Assembly: GCF_036321535.1 (NCBI RefSeq)
Contig: NC_087440.1
Coordinates: 32,240,001 to 32,304,000 of the forward strand
Reading direction: 5' to 3'
DNA: 64,000 bases
Origin: Camelus dromedarius
Lineage: Eukaryota
Within the stretch, counting starts at the first letter, position 1. The number at the start of each line of letters is the position of its first letter. The notes beneath the pieces were generated by a model, which had not been told where the DNA came from, made no database searches, and saw only the letters and a program-made list of their open reading frames with translations. This document shows, piece by piece, positions 1 through 12,300 of the stretch. A program made the position numbers and the translations under genes.

Positions 1-204
1 CTGCTGGGTGAGCTGGGCTCGTGTGCCCATGCGGGGCTGGGGAGCGGACACACTGGCCAGAGACTGCCACAGGGACTCCCTCTCACCAGCCTTCTCCTCC
101 CCTCTTCACCAGTGCTTGCCGCACAGGAGATCCTTCGTGTGAAACAAGAGAAGCCATACGGGCGCCTCCTGATCCAGCCGGGGCCCCGATTCCACAGCGG
201 TTAG
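1..204 (+). CDS. REC8: Meiotic cohesin kleisin REC8, 3' end only (last 7 nt of penultimate exon plus last coding exon 113-204)
   Basis: CTGCTGG|gtgagc donor at 8 and ttcaccag acceptor at 111-112. Spliced frame reads LL-VLAAQEILRVKQEKPYGRLLIQPGPRFHSG* (TAG 202-204), matching the Rad21/Rec8 C-terminal winged-helix end. Synteny with IPO4. Confidence 0.93.
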   Translation: MLGELGSCAHAGLGSGHTGQRLPQGLPLTSLLLPSSPVLAAQEILRVKQEKPYGRLLIQPGPRFHSG

Positions 205-332
205 AGCTCATTTACAAAGCGGTCAGGAAACTGACTGCGTAAAACTAGGTCCTGCCTCACTAGGCCCTGCCTGCCTCATTATGAACAGGCATCTCTGTCC
301 TTCCTGTTCTCAGAGCTACTGTTCAAGCAGAA

Positions 333-338
333 AATAAA
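333..338 (+). terminator. Poly(A) signal AATAAA, REC8
   Basis: AATAAA about 130 nt after the REC8 stop. Confidence 0.75.
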
Positions 339-343
339 CTGCC

Positions 344-349
344 TTTATT
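344..349 (-). terminator. Poly(A) signal AATAAA, IPO4
   Basis: TTTATT on + strand, about 180 nt past the IPO4 stop. Confidence 0.75.
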
Positions 350-525
350 ACAGCCTGGTGTCATGACACTGTATTGTCCCACAGCACAAGGCAGCGAGTA
401 GGGCTGAGACTCCAAGTGGGTATGAGGCCCAGGCTCAGAATCTTTGTTAAGGCATAAGCTGGAGCTGGGCTGAGAGCTGGGCCTGGGTGGGCTCTGTCCT
501 CTCTGGCCCAGCTGCACCCCGTAGT

Positions 526-3500
526 CTAGGTGAGGCCCAGGACGGCCTGGAGCTCCTGGGCCTTGTCGCCAGGCAGGGAACCCAGTGCCGAATGGAAGCT
601 GTCGGTGTGCTGTTTGGCCAAGAACGTCAGGAGAAGCAGCAGTGCCGCCTTGGTGTCTGGGTGGAGAGTGAAGAGGGAGAAACCTGGGGAGGGCTGGCCC
701 CCAACTCCTAGCTGCCCCAGGCCCTCTGAAGCCCTGCTCCTCTGCTCTCCCCACAACCCTCCCACGACTGCCACCCTTACCTGGTGGGATCTTGTTCTTG
801 GCCAGAATGAGGCTGTAAATGCGCAGGAGCTCGGGAGCCACATCTACAACCTGTGGGAAAAGGGCCAGCTCAGGGGCAGAAGCACTGCTGGGCCCCAGCA
901 CTGGGGTAGGTGGTAGGAGCCCAGGAGAGGCGGTCTCCCAGTGGGGCCATCTGAGCTTAATACTGATTCAGACATCCTAAACTGTGAAACATGAGAAGGA
1001 CCCATGAAATGGAGTGGAAATAGTCCTTTTTTCTTTCCTTTTTTTTGAGAGGGTGGGATTGTGACCAAAGACACCTGAAATCCTGGCCTCAAGACCAAAA
1101 GAAGCCCACACACCCAGGAGCTCCACCAACACAGTAGTTTCCAAAGGTGCAAGACAGAGGTAATGGAAACAGGAACACTGGAGCATGAGTCCAAAGCTAG
1201 TCACTTGGTGCAGACAAATCTCATTCAGAAAGCAGAGCTGCTCTGATTCAAATAGATGGTGGGGTGGCCAGAGTCCACAGGCTCCATGGAGCACAATCTG
1301 AAAGAGTCCTGATCTAAGCAATCAGCCCAGGAAAGCTGTGACTTCTGGCTCAGATCAGAGAGTGGAAATGGCCAGGGAAGACAGCCTCTCAGAGGAAAAA
1401 TGCTACGTGTCGAGAGGAAGCCCCTCCTCTCCCATTACAGGCCTGGCTACCAAGCCTTGCAGACCAATGAGAAAGCAAAGAGCAGCTTTAACCGATGCCA
1501 ACTCTGCCTGTCCTTGAGACTGGAGCATCAAGCTTCCCTCCAAGGGCCCCAGCATTGGCGTTACCTGGTCAGGGCTGCTCTGGTACAGGAAGCTGAAGAG
1601 GTGCCCTATGGTGACCCACTCCTCCAAGTCCTCCTTCAGTGGCAGGGCGTGCAATAGGGCAGCCAGCACCTGGACGCAGACATGACTTTGGCCCCTAGCC
1701 ATGCGCATTTCACACCCTCCTCGGGTTCCCGACCCTGCCTGATGCCCCGACCCCTCACCTGGGGCTCTGGTTTCCTTGTGGGACTGGCCATCAGCAGGCG
1801 GGCGAGTGCCCCACAGATGTTGTCACGGACACGATCGTGGCGCTCCCGCGCCAGGAGGGGCAGCAGGAGCCCCAGCAGCTTGGGGAAGTGTCTGGTCCCC
1901 AGTCAAGGAACAGGCACATGGAAAGAACTTTCCCATCCCAAGTCCCAGGGACACCCACCCTACCCAACCCCGGCTCCTTCCTGCAAGCTGAGGATACTCC
2001 TGGGCGGGGCGGCCCCCGTGCTCCACCAGCACACCCAGCCCAAAGATGGCATTGCTCCGCACTTCGGGGTCTGCCTCCCGGGCGCTGCTCAACAGCACAG
2101 GAAGCAGTCGGGACACAAACTGAGCCGAGGCAGCACCCAGGCTCTGAATGGACTCCGCCAGCGTCCCCACCGCAAAGGACTTCTCAGCTACTGTGCAGCC
2201 CTGTTTCTGGTAGGGGGAGAAGTGCATGTCAGCCTAGGGCTGGGTGCAGGGCGCATGGGGTTCAAAGCCAGGGGACAGAGCACTCACCATCTTGCAGAGC
2301 AATAATGGCAGGAAGCCGGCAAAGAAAGGGGCAAAGGCATCTCCCCCTGCTGCAGCTGCCAGTGCGGGGATGGCCTCACCAGCGTGCTCGAGCAACATGG
2401 CATCATATTCAGCCTGTGGGGCCAGGTTGGGAGCTGGAGTACCAGGGCCAGCTCTGAGACTGGGGGCACCTCTCACCATGCTCCTCCACTGCCACAGGTG
2501 GTCCCCCTGGGGGCTGCCCCTGGTTGACAGGATCAGCCCCTCCCAGGCTGGGCTTGTTTGCAGCCCAGATTTTTCTCTAGGTCCTCTCACTCTCACTTAT
2601 CAGTCCAAGCCTGCCCTGAATCCCCACCTCCAGGAAGCCTTCCTTAAATCCCTACTAATTTAGGAGCAGCATTGGTCATCCAAAGCCACTGACCAATCTT
2701 TCAGCAGCCCTAGTACCCCCAGGCCAAGCCCAAGCACACGTTCTGCCCTGCCCTGTGGAGACTCTCTGGTCCCAGTTTGCACCCACAGCTCTCACCTGGT
2801 CTTCCTCATCTTCCTCATCGGTGTCCTGACAGGCTGTCTGCGGGGAAGGGGAGCTCAGCTCAGCCTGGGCTCTCCTGCCCCTTCTCCTTCCCAGGGGTAG
2901 AGGAAGGGGGAAGCCAGATAGGTGACCTCTGGCTATCCCCACCTGGGCCTGGGCCACCTCTTCACCCTGCAAGCCCCGCTCACCTTCCTCTGCAGCACAG
3001 CCTTGAGCACACTGCAGAGCTCAGCCAGACGCCCAGGGGGCTGCAGCGTGAGGCTCCCACAGCCACGCAGCACCACCGTCAGGGCCTCCAGCACGGCCAT
3101 CACCACCTGGCGCTCCCGCTCCCCGTGCACTGCCTGCATGTAGGACGGCACCACCCGGGCCAGGGCGGCCTGCAGAGCTGGGGACATGATCGGCTGAAGC
3201 TCTGACCAGGCCTGCCCCTCCCCAACCCCTCTGCTTCCAGAGGACCCAGTACCCGCATCTCACCAGCAGTGTTGGGTTCCGAGGGGCAGCTTTGACAGGC
3301 TTTGTGCAGCGCGCAGCAGAACTGACCCAGGGCCTCATGGGCTGCCTTCCGCACATTCAGGTTAGGGCACTGCGGCACGAGGAGGGGGCAGGATGTGCCT
3401 GCTGGGTACAGGGCGAACACAGGGCCCCTAGGCCTCTGACCCCCACCCCTCCGCCCACCAGCCCACTCACCTCCAATAGTCTGAACACTTCTTCAAAGAC

Positions 3501-6500
3501 AGTCTCCATGTAGGGAAGGAAGGCCACACTGTAGACAGACACAGGGCCATGGGGAAGGGGTTCCTAGCAGGGGCTCCCAGTGCCGGGGATAGGCCAAGGC
3601 TCACCTGGCGTTCACAGAGATCTCCCCCAAGGCAGCACAGGTGTCTTCCTTCTCATCGAAGAAGGCATTTTCCACGCTATACCTGGAGTAAAGAGGGGAT
3701 ACAGCAGTGATCGGGTACCAGTAGGAGCACAGCTGACCCTGGGCCATCATCTAAACCAGGATTCCTCCGACCAGAACGGCAGGCACCCCTCCACACCCTG
3801 AGATCTCTGAGTCCTCCTCCTCCTCCTCCTCCTCGTCCATGAGCTCCTCCTCTTCCTCCCCATCGCTCTCGTCATCAAACAGGAGGAAGGCGCTGCTTCC
3901 ATCATACTGAGGCTGGACAGGAGAGGCACAGCAGGGAGTCTGGCTCAACTGGGCCCAGGAGAGAGACCCCATCCCAGGGCTGGCCTCCCCAGTCTCGCTG
4001 GGCCCATCTGCTCTCGGCTCACCACAACGCCCTCAGTGGAACGCAGTGACGACAGCATGAGTGTGGTGATTTGTGGCAGGTGGGGCGCCAGGCTCTCACC
4101 CATCAGCCCCGATAAGGCTGCAAACAGGCTGTACCTGGCGAAGGCAGGTGGAAGCTCTACCATCCTGTCGGCAGTATCTAGACAGGAGTGGGGAGCCCAG
4201 GGAACCCCTGGTCCAGAACCAGAGGACTCAGGTGGGGTAGGGGCACAGCAGGGTGAGGGCTCACTCACGTGCACCGCCGCAAGTCAGGGTCGTCTACCTG
4301 GTCGCACAGGCCCAGCCCCAGCTGGCAGCATTCCTCAGCCAGGGGCCTCATGGGCTCCCCCACTGCTCGAGCCAGCACCCCAAGCGTCTCTGTGGGGGAG
4401 GGGCTTGGTTAGCACAGCAATGTGGAGCTAGGCCAGAGGTGAGTCGGGCCAAGGCCCAGGGGACCAGAGGTGGCAGCTAGGGTGAGTTTAGAAACCACTC
4501 CTACTCCTAGCTACGGTGTGGAGGGGAGGAAGACACCTGTGCTGCTCAGGGGCGATCTTCTCTGGGCATCCGCCCTTCCCTGGCACTGGGAAGCCCACCT
4601 GGGAGCTCCTCACTCACCCAAGCTCTGGATCCGCACAGGCTGAAGGTCCTCGTGGCCTGTCAGCAGGAACTCCCGCAGGTGCTCCATAATGGTGAGGAAG
4701 TAGGGCAGCATGGAGCCCTGGGCAGCTGTGGCTGCAGGGCAGTAGGACAGAATCAGAGCTGGAGGGTGAGCAAGGATCACATGCCATAGGCGCCAGATGA
4801 ACCCCATGCTCCCGCCTCCAACTCACCAATGGCCCCCAGGGCGCTCACAGCCAGCTCCTTGGCCCGAGAGCTGCTGGGTTCCCTTAGAGGCTGCAGCATA
4901 CACTCCATGAGCTCCGGAAGGTAGGGCTGTACTTTAGGTCCTATGGGAAAGGCAGCTCGCTAACAACCAACCTAGGTCTCCTACTTGCCTCCAGGCTGAC
5001 CCTCCTTGCGGGCCCACCACATCCCACTCCCCACCACAGGCAGTGGTTCCGGGAGCAGCACATCCTGCCCCCTTCAGCCAAGACTACAGCCCCATCCCCT
5101 CCCTCGTACCCCCAAATGTCATCACTACCTAGATTCTCCACAAAATTCTCTAGGGCATAGCAGGCCTTGGCCAGGTGGTGTGTGTGCCCAGGAGGCACTG
5201 ACTTCAGGTAGGCGAGGAGCAGTGGCATCACCTCACCGGAGTAGCTGCTGATGTGGGGCTGGGGGAAGGAAAAAGGGGGCCTGAGTCAGCTCAACTGCAG
5301 GGCACACGCCAAAGTGTTGAGGGCAGCAGGGATGCCTGAGAAGATGAAGCTGGGGGGCTGGTCCCTGGGACAGGCGGGAACTTTGAAATGGTGGCTGCCC
5401 AAATTTGGCCTTGCTGACCTGTAGGTTCTCTGAGAACTGGCCCAGAGCGAACAGTGCAGCATTGCGTACAACCTGCGACGGATCCTCCAGGCTCTTGCAC
5501 ACAACCTGCAGCAGTGGGGGCAGCAGCCTGGATGGGGCGGGACAAGAAGATGCAGACTGACAGGCAGGATCCGAGAGCCCTAGGCCAAGCCATTCTCCCG
5601 TTTCCCCTAGGAAAACCCAGCTTTCTGTCACCAGATGGTGAGCACCACTCACTGGTCCCTATAGCTGGGGTAGCCATTTATTTTCTAAACCAGGATGCGT
5701 ATGAGAGCAACAAGAAGATGCTATTGATAATTAGGCTTAAACAACAAACAGACCAGCACTGCTGTGGGTGGTGTGGTCCCCCTCCCCACGGCCCATCCTC
5801 ACTCCAGGACAGGGGAATAAATACCTCTGTCTGATATGGTCACCAGCTCCATCAGACAGCACCGCCAGCACCAGGAGACCAGCCTTGCGTTGGTAGGGGC
5901 TCTCACTCCTCAAGGCCTCTTCCAGCATGGGCATCTAGGAAAGGAGATGGCGCTCTCCTGAAACCCCAGCACGAGCCTGCCTGGTCATGCAGCAACAGGC
6001 CTCAACACCTACCAGGACACAAACATCCTCAGCCTCAGGGGACTACGCAAACCTAGGGGTAAGAGTCACACTTACCAGCAGGGGACAGAGCTTCTCAGGG
6101 GGCAAATGGAGTGCCAACATGTCCACGACCTGCAAAAGAACAGGGAGACTTTGCTGAACTCCACCTCTGCCCCTCAACCTCCCCTAACCACCTAACACCC
6201 TGTCCCCAGGCCCTCTCCCACATCCCACCTGTACAGCAAAGTGCTTGGGTGTCTCCCCCACCAGCCCAATCTCCAGCTCTTCCTCCTCCGAATCCTGGTC
6301 CTCAGGATCCAGCTGGCCCAGTGGGGGCTCGGCAGCCATAATGGGGAAGAGGGTGTGCAGCAAGGGTGGCAGGAGACGATTTTTCAGTAAGGCCTGAAGA
6401 GGGAGGGCAGAATGGGCTCCCTGAGAATCTGCTCCGAAGATGGATTCACATTAAAAATTCCAGCCGTTCAGGCCACAGGGGGTCCAGCCGGAGATTCCCA

Positions 6501-8735
6501 ATCCCCCAGCCAAGAGCTGGGCTGAGTCCAGATCAAGTCTTGAACATCTTGGCTATGGTACTTTAGACACCCTGAGATGGACAGAAAGCCCCGGGAGTGA
6601 GATAAAGGACAGAGATGGGGATGGGGTGATGGGCGTCAGAGGGCACTCACCTTGCTCTTGACTTTAACCAAGAAAGTGAGGCAGCAGAGAATACGCACAC
6701 GTACTGCATCGCCCAGGGCCACGTTTCTAGCCACCTGCCCGGAGACCAGTGAGACTCAGAAATAGGCAAGGAAACTCCCAGTAGAACAAGCAGCAGGGAT
6801 GGTGCCGACCCTGGGCTCACCTCCAGGCAGAATGTGAGGACCTCTGAGAGGTGGGAGGTGATGATAGGCACCTCTGACTCCAGCAATTCATCCAGGGCTT
6901 CCACAGCCTCACAGGCCTTTGCCTGCCAGACAGGAAAGTCATAGGGTTACTATCCTCTTCTTCAGTGGACCAAGCCGATTGCTTCTGTACTTTCCCTCCA
7001 ACAGAGCTCCTATCCAAATGTCCTCACCTCATCTACAGGGATCAGACTCTGCACAGCCATGATGAGCTTAGGCACCAACATTCGAGCAAGAGGCTGGAGG
7101 ACACAGAATGAGCTGAATCACAGAGAGTACGATGTAGCCTAATCCCAAGCTCCAGAAACTGGCAGCTTTCTTGAAGCCTGGACATCGGGGGAGCCCACAC
7201 ACAGCCACCCACAGGTTCCCCTCGCAATTGCTAGGCAGGACAAGCAGAGAAAGTGTCTGAAATAGCTCTGCATCCCGCAAGGGTGAGGACATGAAAGCCC
7301 GAGGACAGGGAGCCAGGGAAGGTGAGGGCCCATAGCTCACCACATCGTCAGTGCCGAGGTAAGGGGCCATTGTGGTCAGGGTGCGCAGGGAATAAAAGAG
7401 GAGCCCAGGAGAGCCCACCTCACCAAGGGTCTCATTCAGAAGCCGAAGAAGCTCCCGGTGGTGTGGTCGGAAGGCCTCGGGCCGGGAGGTCACCAGCACA
7501 CTTAGCAGCAAAAGCCCCATCTGCCCAGGAGTTGGGGTTGAGAGAGAGAAGCTTACATGGTCTGTCCAGCTTCCAGATCCCTTCCTCCCACCAACCACGT
7601 GATAGTACCTCTCTCTCTGGGATGCGGGGGCTGTGTGTACTGTGCTGAAGAAGCTGCATGAGCTGAGGCCAGGCCTCCAGGCCTTCCTTTCGAAAAATGG
7701 TGGCTGAGAGCTGGGCCAGGCTAAGTCTCACAGAATGCCTGCGAACAGGAGAGATTCCCCACCCCTAATCACCCTCCAGTACCCTCCCCTGCACACGATG
7801 GCCCTACCTCTGTTGGATGGCCAGGAGAGAAACCTCCAGGTGTGGGCAGAGGGTCTCTGCCAAATTGGGACACATAAAACAGCAGCTCAGAGGGAAACTG
7901 GCAGCATCGTGGATGTGCAATCTGGTAAGTTCTGACCTCACTCATACTCAATTTCACTCCCATTCTTCTGACTTGGGTTTGGGAGACCATCACAGCCCAC
8001 TCTCAAGAACTTTAGTCTTTAACACAGCCTGAGAATTCTTCCTCCATTCTTGGTCTAGAACTGAAGCCCCTGATCCCCAAGTCCCAGCCTGGCGCTGAAA
8101 AAGGCAGAAATCCCGGGAAGGTCAGTCTGGAGTCAGTTAGGACCCGGAGAGGAGGCAGGTAGGCACTTACTCTGTCTCTCTCTGGAGGACCGTCAGGACC
8201 AGGGACTTGATGCTGGAACACAGGTGGCAGACGTTTGGTACCCAAGAGCCGCCTCAGCCTGGCCCCGCCCCGCCCCTGGCCCAGCCCACCTCTCCCGTTG
8301 CTCCGCAGCCAGCCGCCGCCAGCAGGTGCTCAGTCGTCTGCGGGTCAGCACAGCCGCGAACTGGCGGATCTGGGATAAGGAACCGGGCATGTGAGGGTCA
8401 GGGCAGGAAGGTGATGAGTGGGCCGCCGGGGGCGGGAACTGGGGCCTGACCAATGGCGTACTATGGGACGCTCAGTGGCAAGGGGCAGGAGCTTCACCTG
8501 AGGGTCGCCCGCTGAGGCCAAAAGGTCGCAGAGCGCGGGCAGGGCGGCGGGGTCTCGAAGAGCGGTCTGGAGCTGCTCGGTGGCCTGGGGGAGGCTGGGG
8601 GGTCAGTGTCAAACCTTTCCCGCAACACCCCCCGTTCACTCCGGCCCGTTCCCGCCTGCCCCGTACCCGGCGGATGCGCTCGGTGTCCGGCAGCAGCAGC
8701 TCCCGCAGGATCTGTTCCAGGCCGGCGGGCTCCAT
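526..8735 (-). CDS. IPO4: Importin-4, complete, 30 coding exons, 1078 aa
   Basis: Exons (minus): 8735-8667, 8584-8498, 8369-8290, 8212-8171, 7738-7609, 7520-7341, 7093-7028, 6922-6821, 6734-6651, 6393-6229, 6129-6076, 5934-5825, 5527-5419, 5258-5129, 4940-4827, 4731-4618, 4389-4269, 4134-4023, 3912-3797, 3682-3605, 3528-3471, 3369-3264, 3177-2984, 2837-2796, 2413-2288, 2206-1998, 1891-1759, 1669-1565, 850-781, 656-526 (sum 3237 nt, all GT-AG). Starts MEPAGLEQILRELLLPDTERIRR and ends QELQAVLGLT*. HEAT-repeat protein with acidic loops. Confidence 0.97.
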
Positions 8736-9060
8736 GGCAGCAGCTGAGCCGCCGCTGTGGGGCCGGGAGGGGGGAGGGACAGCACGTGGAGGTTCTGTAA
8801 CCCACTTCCGGCGGAAAGGGCGTTGCTCCGCGCCTCTCCCGTCGCCAGGGTGATTCAACTCGCTTCACCCCGAGCTCGGGCCCGGCTATTTCCGTTGGGC
8901 TGAGCTCCGGCTGAGCCGCGGAAACAGAGCCCCGGTAATATAGGTTCCCAGAGCCAACAGTTCCCAAGTTCCGGGGAGAGTTCGAGTTCCGTACATTCCG
9001 CGGCGGAGCCGGATTACTATGGGACAGTGCCCTTAACGGCAGGACACGAGTTCCTATATC
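8250..9060 (-). promoter_or_regulatory. CpG-island promoter of IPO4
   Basis: CpG-rich. ETS/GABP-type CACTTCCGG near 8803, E-box CACGTG 8783-8788, and G-run cluster GGGGCCGGGAGGGGGGAGGG near 8759-8778 (G4-capable on +). Confidence 0.75.
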
Positions 9061-9103
9061 CAGACCAAACCCTCCAAATACAGGATCCTTTTTCTTAATA
9101 AAT

Positions 9104-9109
9104 TTTATT
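9104..9109 (-). terminator. Poly(A) signal AATAAA, TM9SF1
   Basis: TTTATT on +, about 245 nt past the TM9SF1 stop. Confidence 0.7.
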
Positions 9110-9352
9110 TTGGTATTGTAAAAAGAAAAATCAGGACCCAAGCTAAAGGCAACTTAAAAAGTTCAAATATATACTCCTTATATAATAGAGATTTGTAATT
9201 TCCAGGCCCTCTGGGGAAGGAAGGCCCAAAGGGCAAAGGGGAAGACAACAAAGCCATCACACAACTCCGTCACTCAATCAGAAGAGATGTGGTAAGAGAT
9301 CAATGGGGCGTAAAGAAAGGGAGACAAGAACAATAGTTTTGCCATTCAAAAC

Positions 9353-12300
9353 TCAGTCCATCTTGAGGTTAACATAGATATAACGGATGAACTTTAGGGA
9401 AGAAAAAAAGGAGATGGTGCCCAGCATGAGGAAGAAGACATATCCAGTGAGTAAGGAGTAGCCAAAGAACTCTACTGTCTGGACCGCCCCTGACATGTTG
9501 GAGCGCCGAGCATAGTAGAAAACTGAATAGAAGAAGATGAAGAGCCCAGTGGAGCCAACACTCAGCACTGATCGCCACCACCAGCGGTAATCCTCGCCAG
9601 ACAACTGGAAGTAGGTGAGTGCGATGGAGATGCAAGCCCCCACACTCAGCAGGATGGCGAAGACGAAGAAGAGGATGCCATACAAAGTGTACTGCTCCCG
9701 ACCCCATACTGTGGCAAAGATGTAGTAGAGCTCCACAGAGATGGCACTGTGAAGAGAAGACACGATACATACCATTAAAGGGCTGTGCGTTGCCAGCACA
9801 GTGGTCAGGCCAAAATCCAGCCACCACCCCTCCATGTTACTGCATCACTGTGGAAAGTGGGCCCATTCTACTCCCTGCCCTGGAGTTCCTGGCTTGATGG
9901 GAATTCTTTTACCTATGATTAGCTGCTCTCACTTCAAGAACATCTTCAGAAAGTTGAGAGCAGGGATCTTGTCTGTTTTATTTTCCACTGTATTTGCCTG
10001 GCACTAAGAGGTACTCAACAGACTGAGCAATCAAATGAGCTTCAGGCCCCACATGGTGTTGCTAAATTCAGAAACCAGGAAGACGGTGAAAGCAGCAGTG
10101 TCTCTGGAGAGCTTTACAAGTGAGACACCTGATACTTGAACTGATTCAAGCTCAGTCCTGCTTGGAGAAAGGAGGAACCACTTAGTGATCTCTTAATGGT
10201 ATAGCTGAACCAGGGATTATTTCTGACGTTGTGTTAGGGTACAGGGTGAGCACAGAAGGGAAAAGTTAAGGTCAGGAACCTGAAAGTGATGCCATGGAAT
10301 AAAGAGAGGATACCTGAAAGGCAGGAAGCCTCCAACAGTCATGTGGACCAGAGTAGACTTGTACCAGGGCTGGGGCGGAATTTCCCGGGCGATGTTCTTG
10401 GTGCGACAAGGTGCGTCAAAGGGGCTAGCGTTGTTCTTCCCGAAGATGCCTCCAATGACAGTGAGGGGAAAGCCGACCAGCAGCCAAACCGTCAGAAGCA
10501 GCAGGATGGTGGTGGCTGGCAGAGCCTGTGTTGAACCATTGGCCCAATGCACGGAGTTCACCACACTCCACGTGAGGAAGAAAGGCACTGCAGGGATGGG
10601 CCCCCAGAGGGAGGGTCAGCACTGGGAGCTACATGCCTGGACGCACTTAATCAGACTGGACCTAAAGGGGTGAGGAATGAAACATCCTGCTCCCAGGCCA
10701 ACTCCACCCTTTCGTGTCTCATTCCTTGTTCCTTGGCTTACCGAAATCTCCTCACCTATCCATTATCATTATTAAGGATCAAGGCAAGTCGTTACATAAT
10801 GACCTAAGAGTGACACAAATCCACCTGCCTCCAAGGGCCTGTCCTGCTATAGCATTGGAGATTCCTAGTGTGAGACATTCCTTTGAATTAAGGCCGTTTT
10901 CAGAAAGCCCTGGTTCAAACATAAATGTGATGGAATAGAAGACATGTGGGGTTGGAAACACAAAAGGTTCAGATTACAAACTACTACTGCCTTTGAAAGG
11001 ACAAGCTGGCTTGAAAGGCTAGAGTCGGGTAGCCCACTTCCAAAATAAAAAAAGCTAGGGGGCGAAAAGAAAAAGGAGTGTCAAAAAATAAATTCAAGAG
11101 TGTTACTTCAGTGTAATGGTTGAGAATAGAGGCTCTAGAGTTTGACTGCCTAGGTCTGAAACCTCATTTGCTGCTTTTTAGGAGTATAATCTCACGCAAG
11201 TTACCTAACCAGTCTGAAGTTCAACTTCCTCATCTGTAAAATGGGGATAATATTACCTGCTTCCTACAGTCAGTGTGAAGATTAAACGAGATGAAAGCCT
11301 GTCAAGTGTTTATCACATTGCCTAGCACATAGTAAGGGCTTAATAATGTTTATGCAAAAAATGCGTTTCTGTCTTTTCAATGGTTTTCTTATTGTTTCTT
11401 TTGTCTATTTTCATTGCTTTAATCTGACTCTATCTTGGGTTCCACAACGTGTTCTAAGTCCCTGAATCGGCCCNNNNNNNNNNNNNNNNNNNNNNNNNNN
11501 NNNNNNNNNNNNNNNNNNNNNNNNNNNNNNNNNNNNNNNNNNNNNNNNNNNNNNNNNNNNNNNNNNNNNNNNNNNNNNNNNNNNNNNNNNNNNNNNNNNN
11601 NNNNNNNNNNNNNNNNNNNNNNNNNNNNNNNNNNNNNNNNNNNNNNNNNNNNNNNNNNNNNNNNNNNNNNNNNNNNNAATGCCTGCAGGGTGGTAGTGGA
11701 AAGCCCATGTTAGGTCTCCCCTGTCCCTCTTCTGGCAATTTCAGAAGAATCAGCCGCTTTTCTCCCAGACCCAGGGCCTCCAGCAAAACAATATCCCCCA
11801 ATTCTGTTGTCCAGAAAGCCCACAATAGAATATACTCATCCTTGCTAGAGCCATCCCACCCCTTAGGTCTGCCCCTCACCTTGGACAGAAGACAAGATCA
11901 GCATATCTTTTCTGAACAAACCACCTACTTAGTTGTACCCCTTGAGAGANNNNNNNNNNNNNNNNNNNNNNNNNNNNNNNNNNNNNNNNNNNNNNNNNNN
12001 NNNNNNNNNNNNNNNNNNNNNNNNNNNNNNNNNNNNNNNNNNNNNNNNNNNNNNNNNNNNNNNNNNNNNNNNNNNNNNNNNNNNNNNNNNNNNNNNNAGT
12101 CATCACCAGACCCTCCAGAGGTTGTCTCCTCATCCAAGTTGTACCGAGCCAGGTCATTCCGAAGCACACGCATGAGAATGACAGCCACAAAGCCCACCAG
12201 TAAAAACACAAGCACCATGGAATTGATGATGGACAACCAGTGGATTTCCAGTGTTCGGGGAAAGAAACCACCGTCATCACCACGGCGCCTGTCACTCCGA

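Noticed and set aside
1682-2457. Long + strand ORFs (207 and 206 aa) opposite IPO4, and similar ORFs opposite MDP1, TINF2 and TGM1
   Set aside because: Antisense shadows of GC-rich coding exons with no independent splice or promoter support.
3823-3865. (TCC)n-like repeat
   Set aside because: It is the coding poly-Glu acidic loop of IPO4 exon 19, not an independent element.
8494-9141. 215-aa ORF across the IPO4 promoter
   Set aside because: Non-ATG start, out of frame with IPO4, low-complexity GC-rich product. A typical CpG-island artefact.
9746-10314. TM9SF1 exon 5 to IPO4 exon 2 read-through protein
   Set aside because: A phase 2 donor onto a phase 0 acceptor is out of frame. An in-frame product needs multi-exon skipping (e.g. 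TM9SF1 e2 to IPO4 e2), for which the sequence gives no support.
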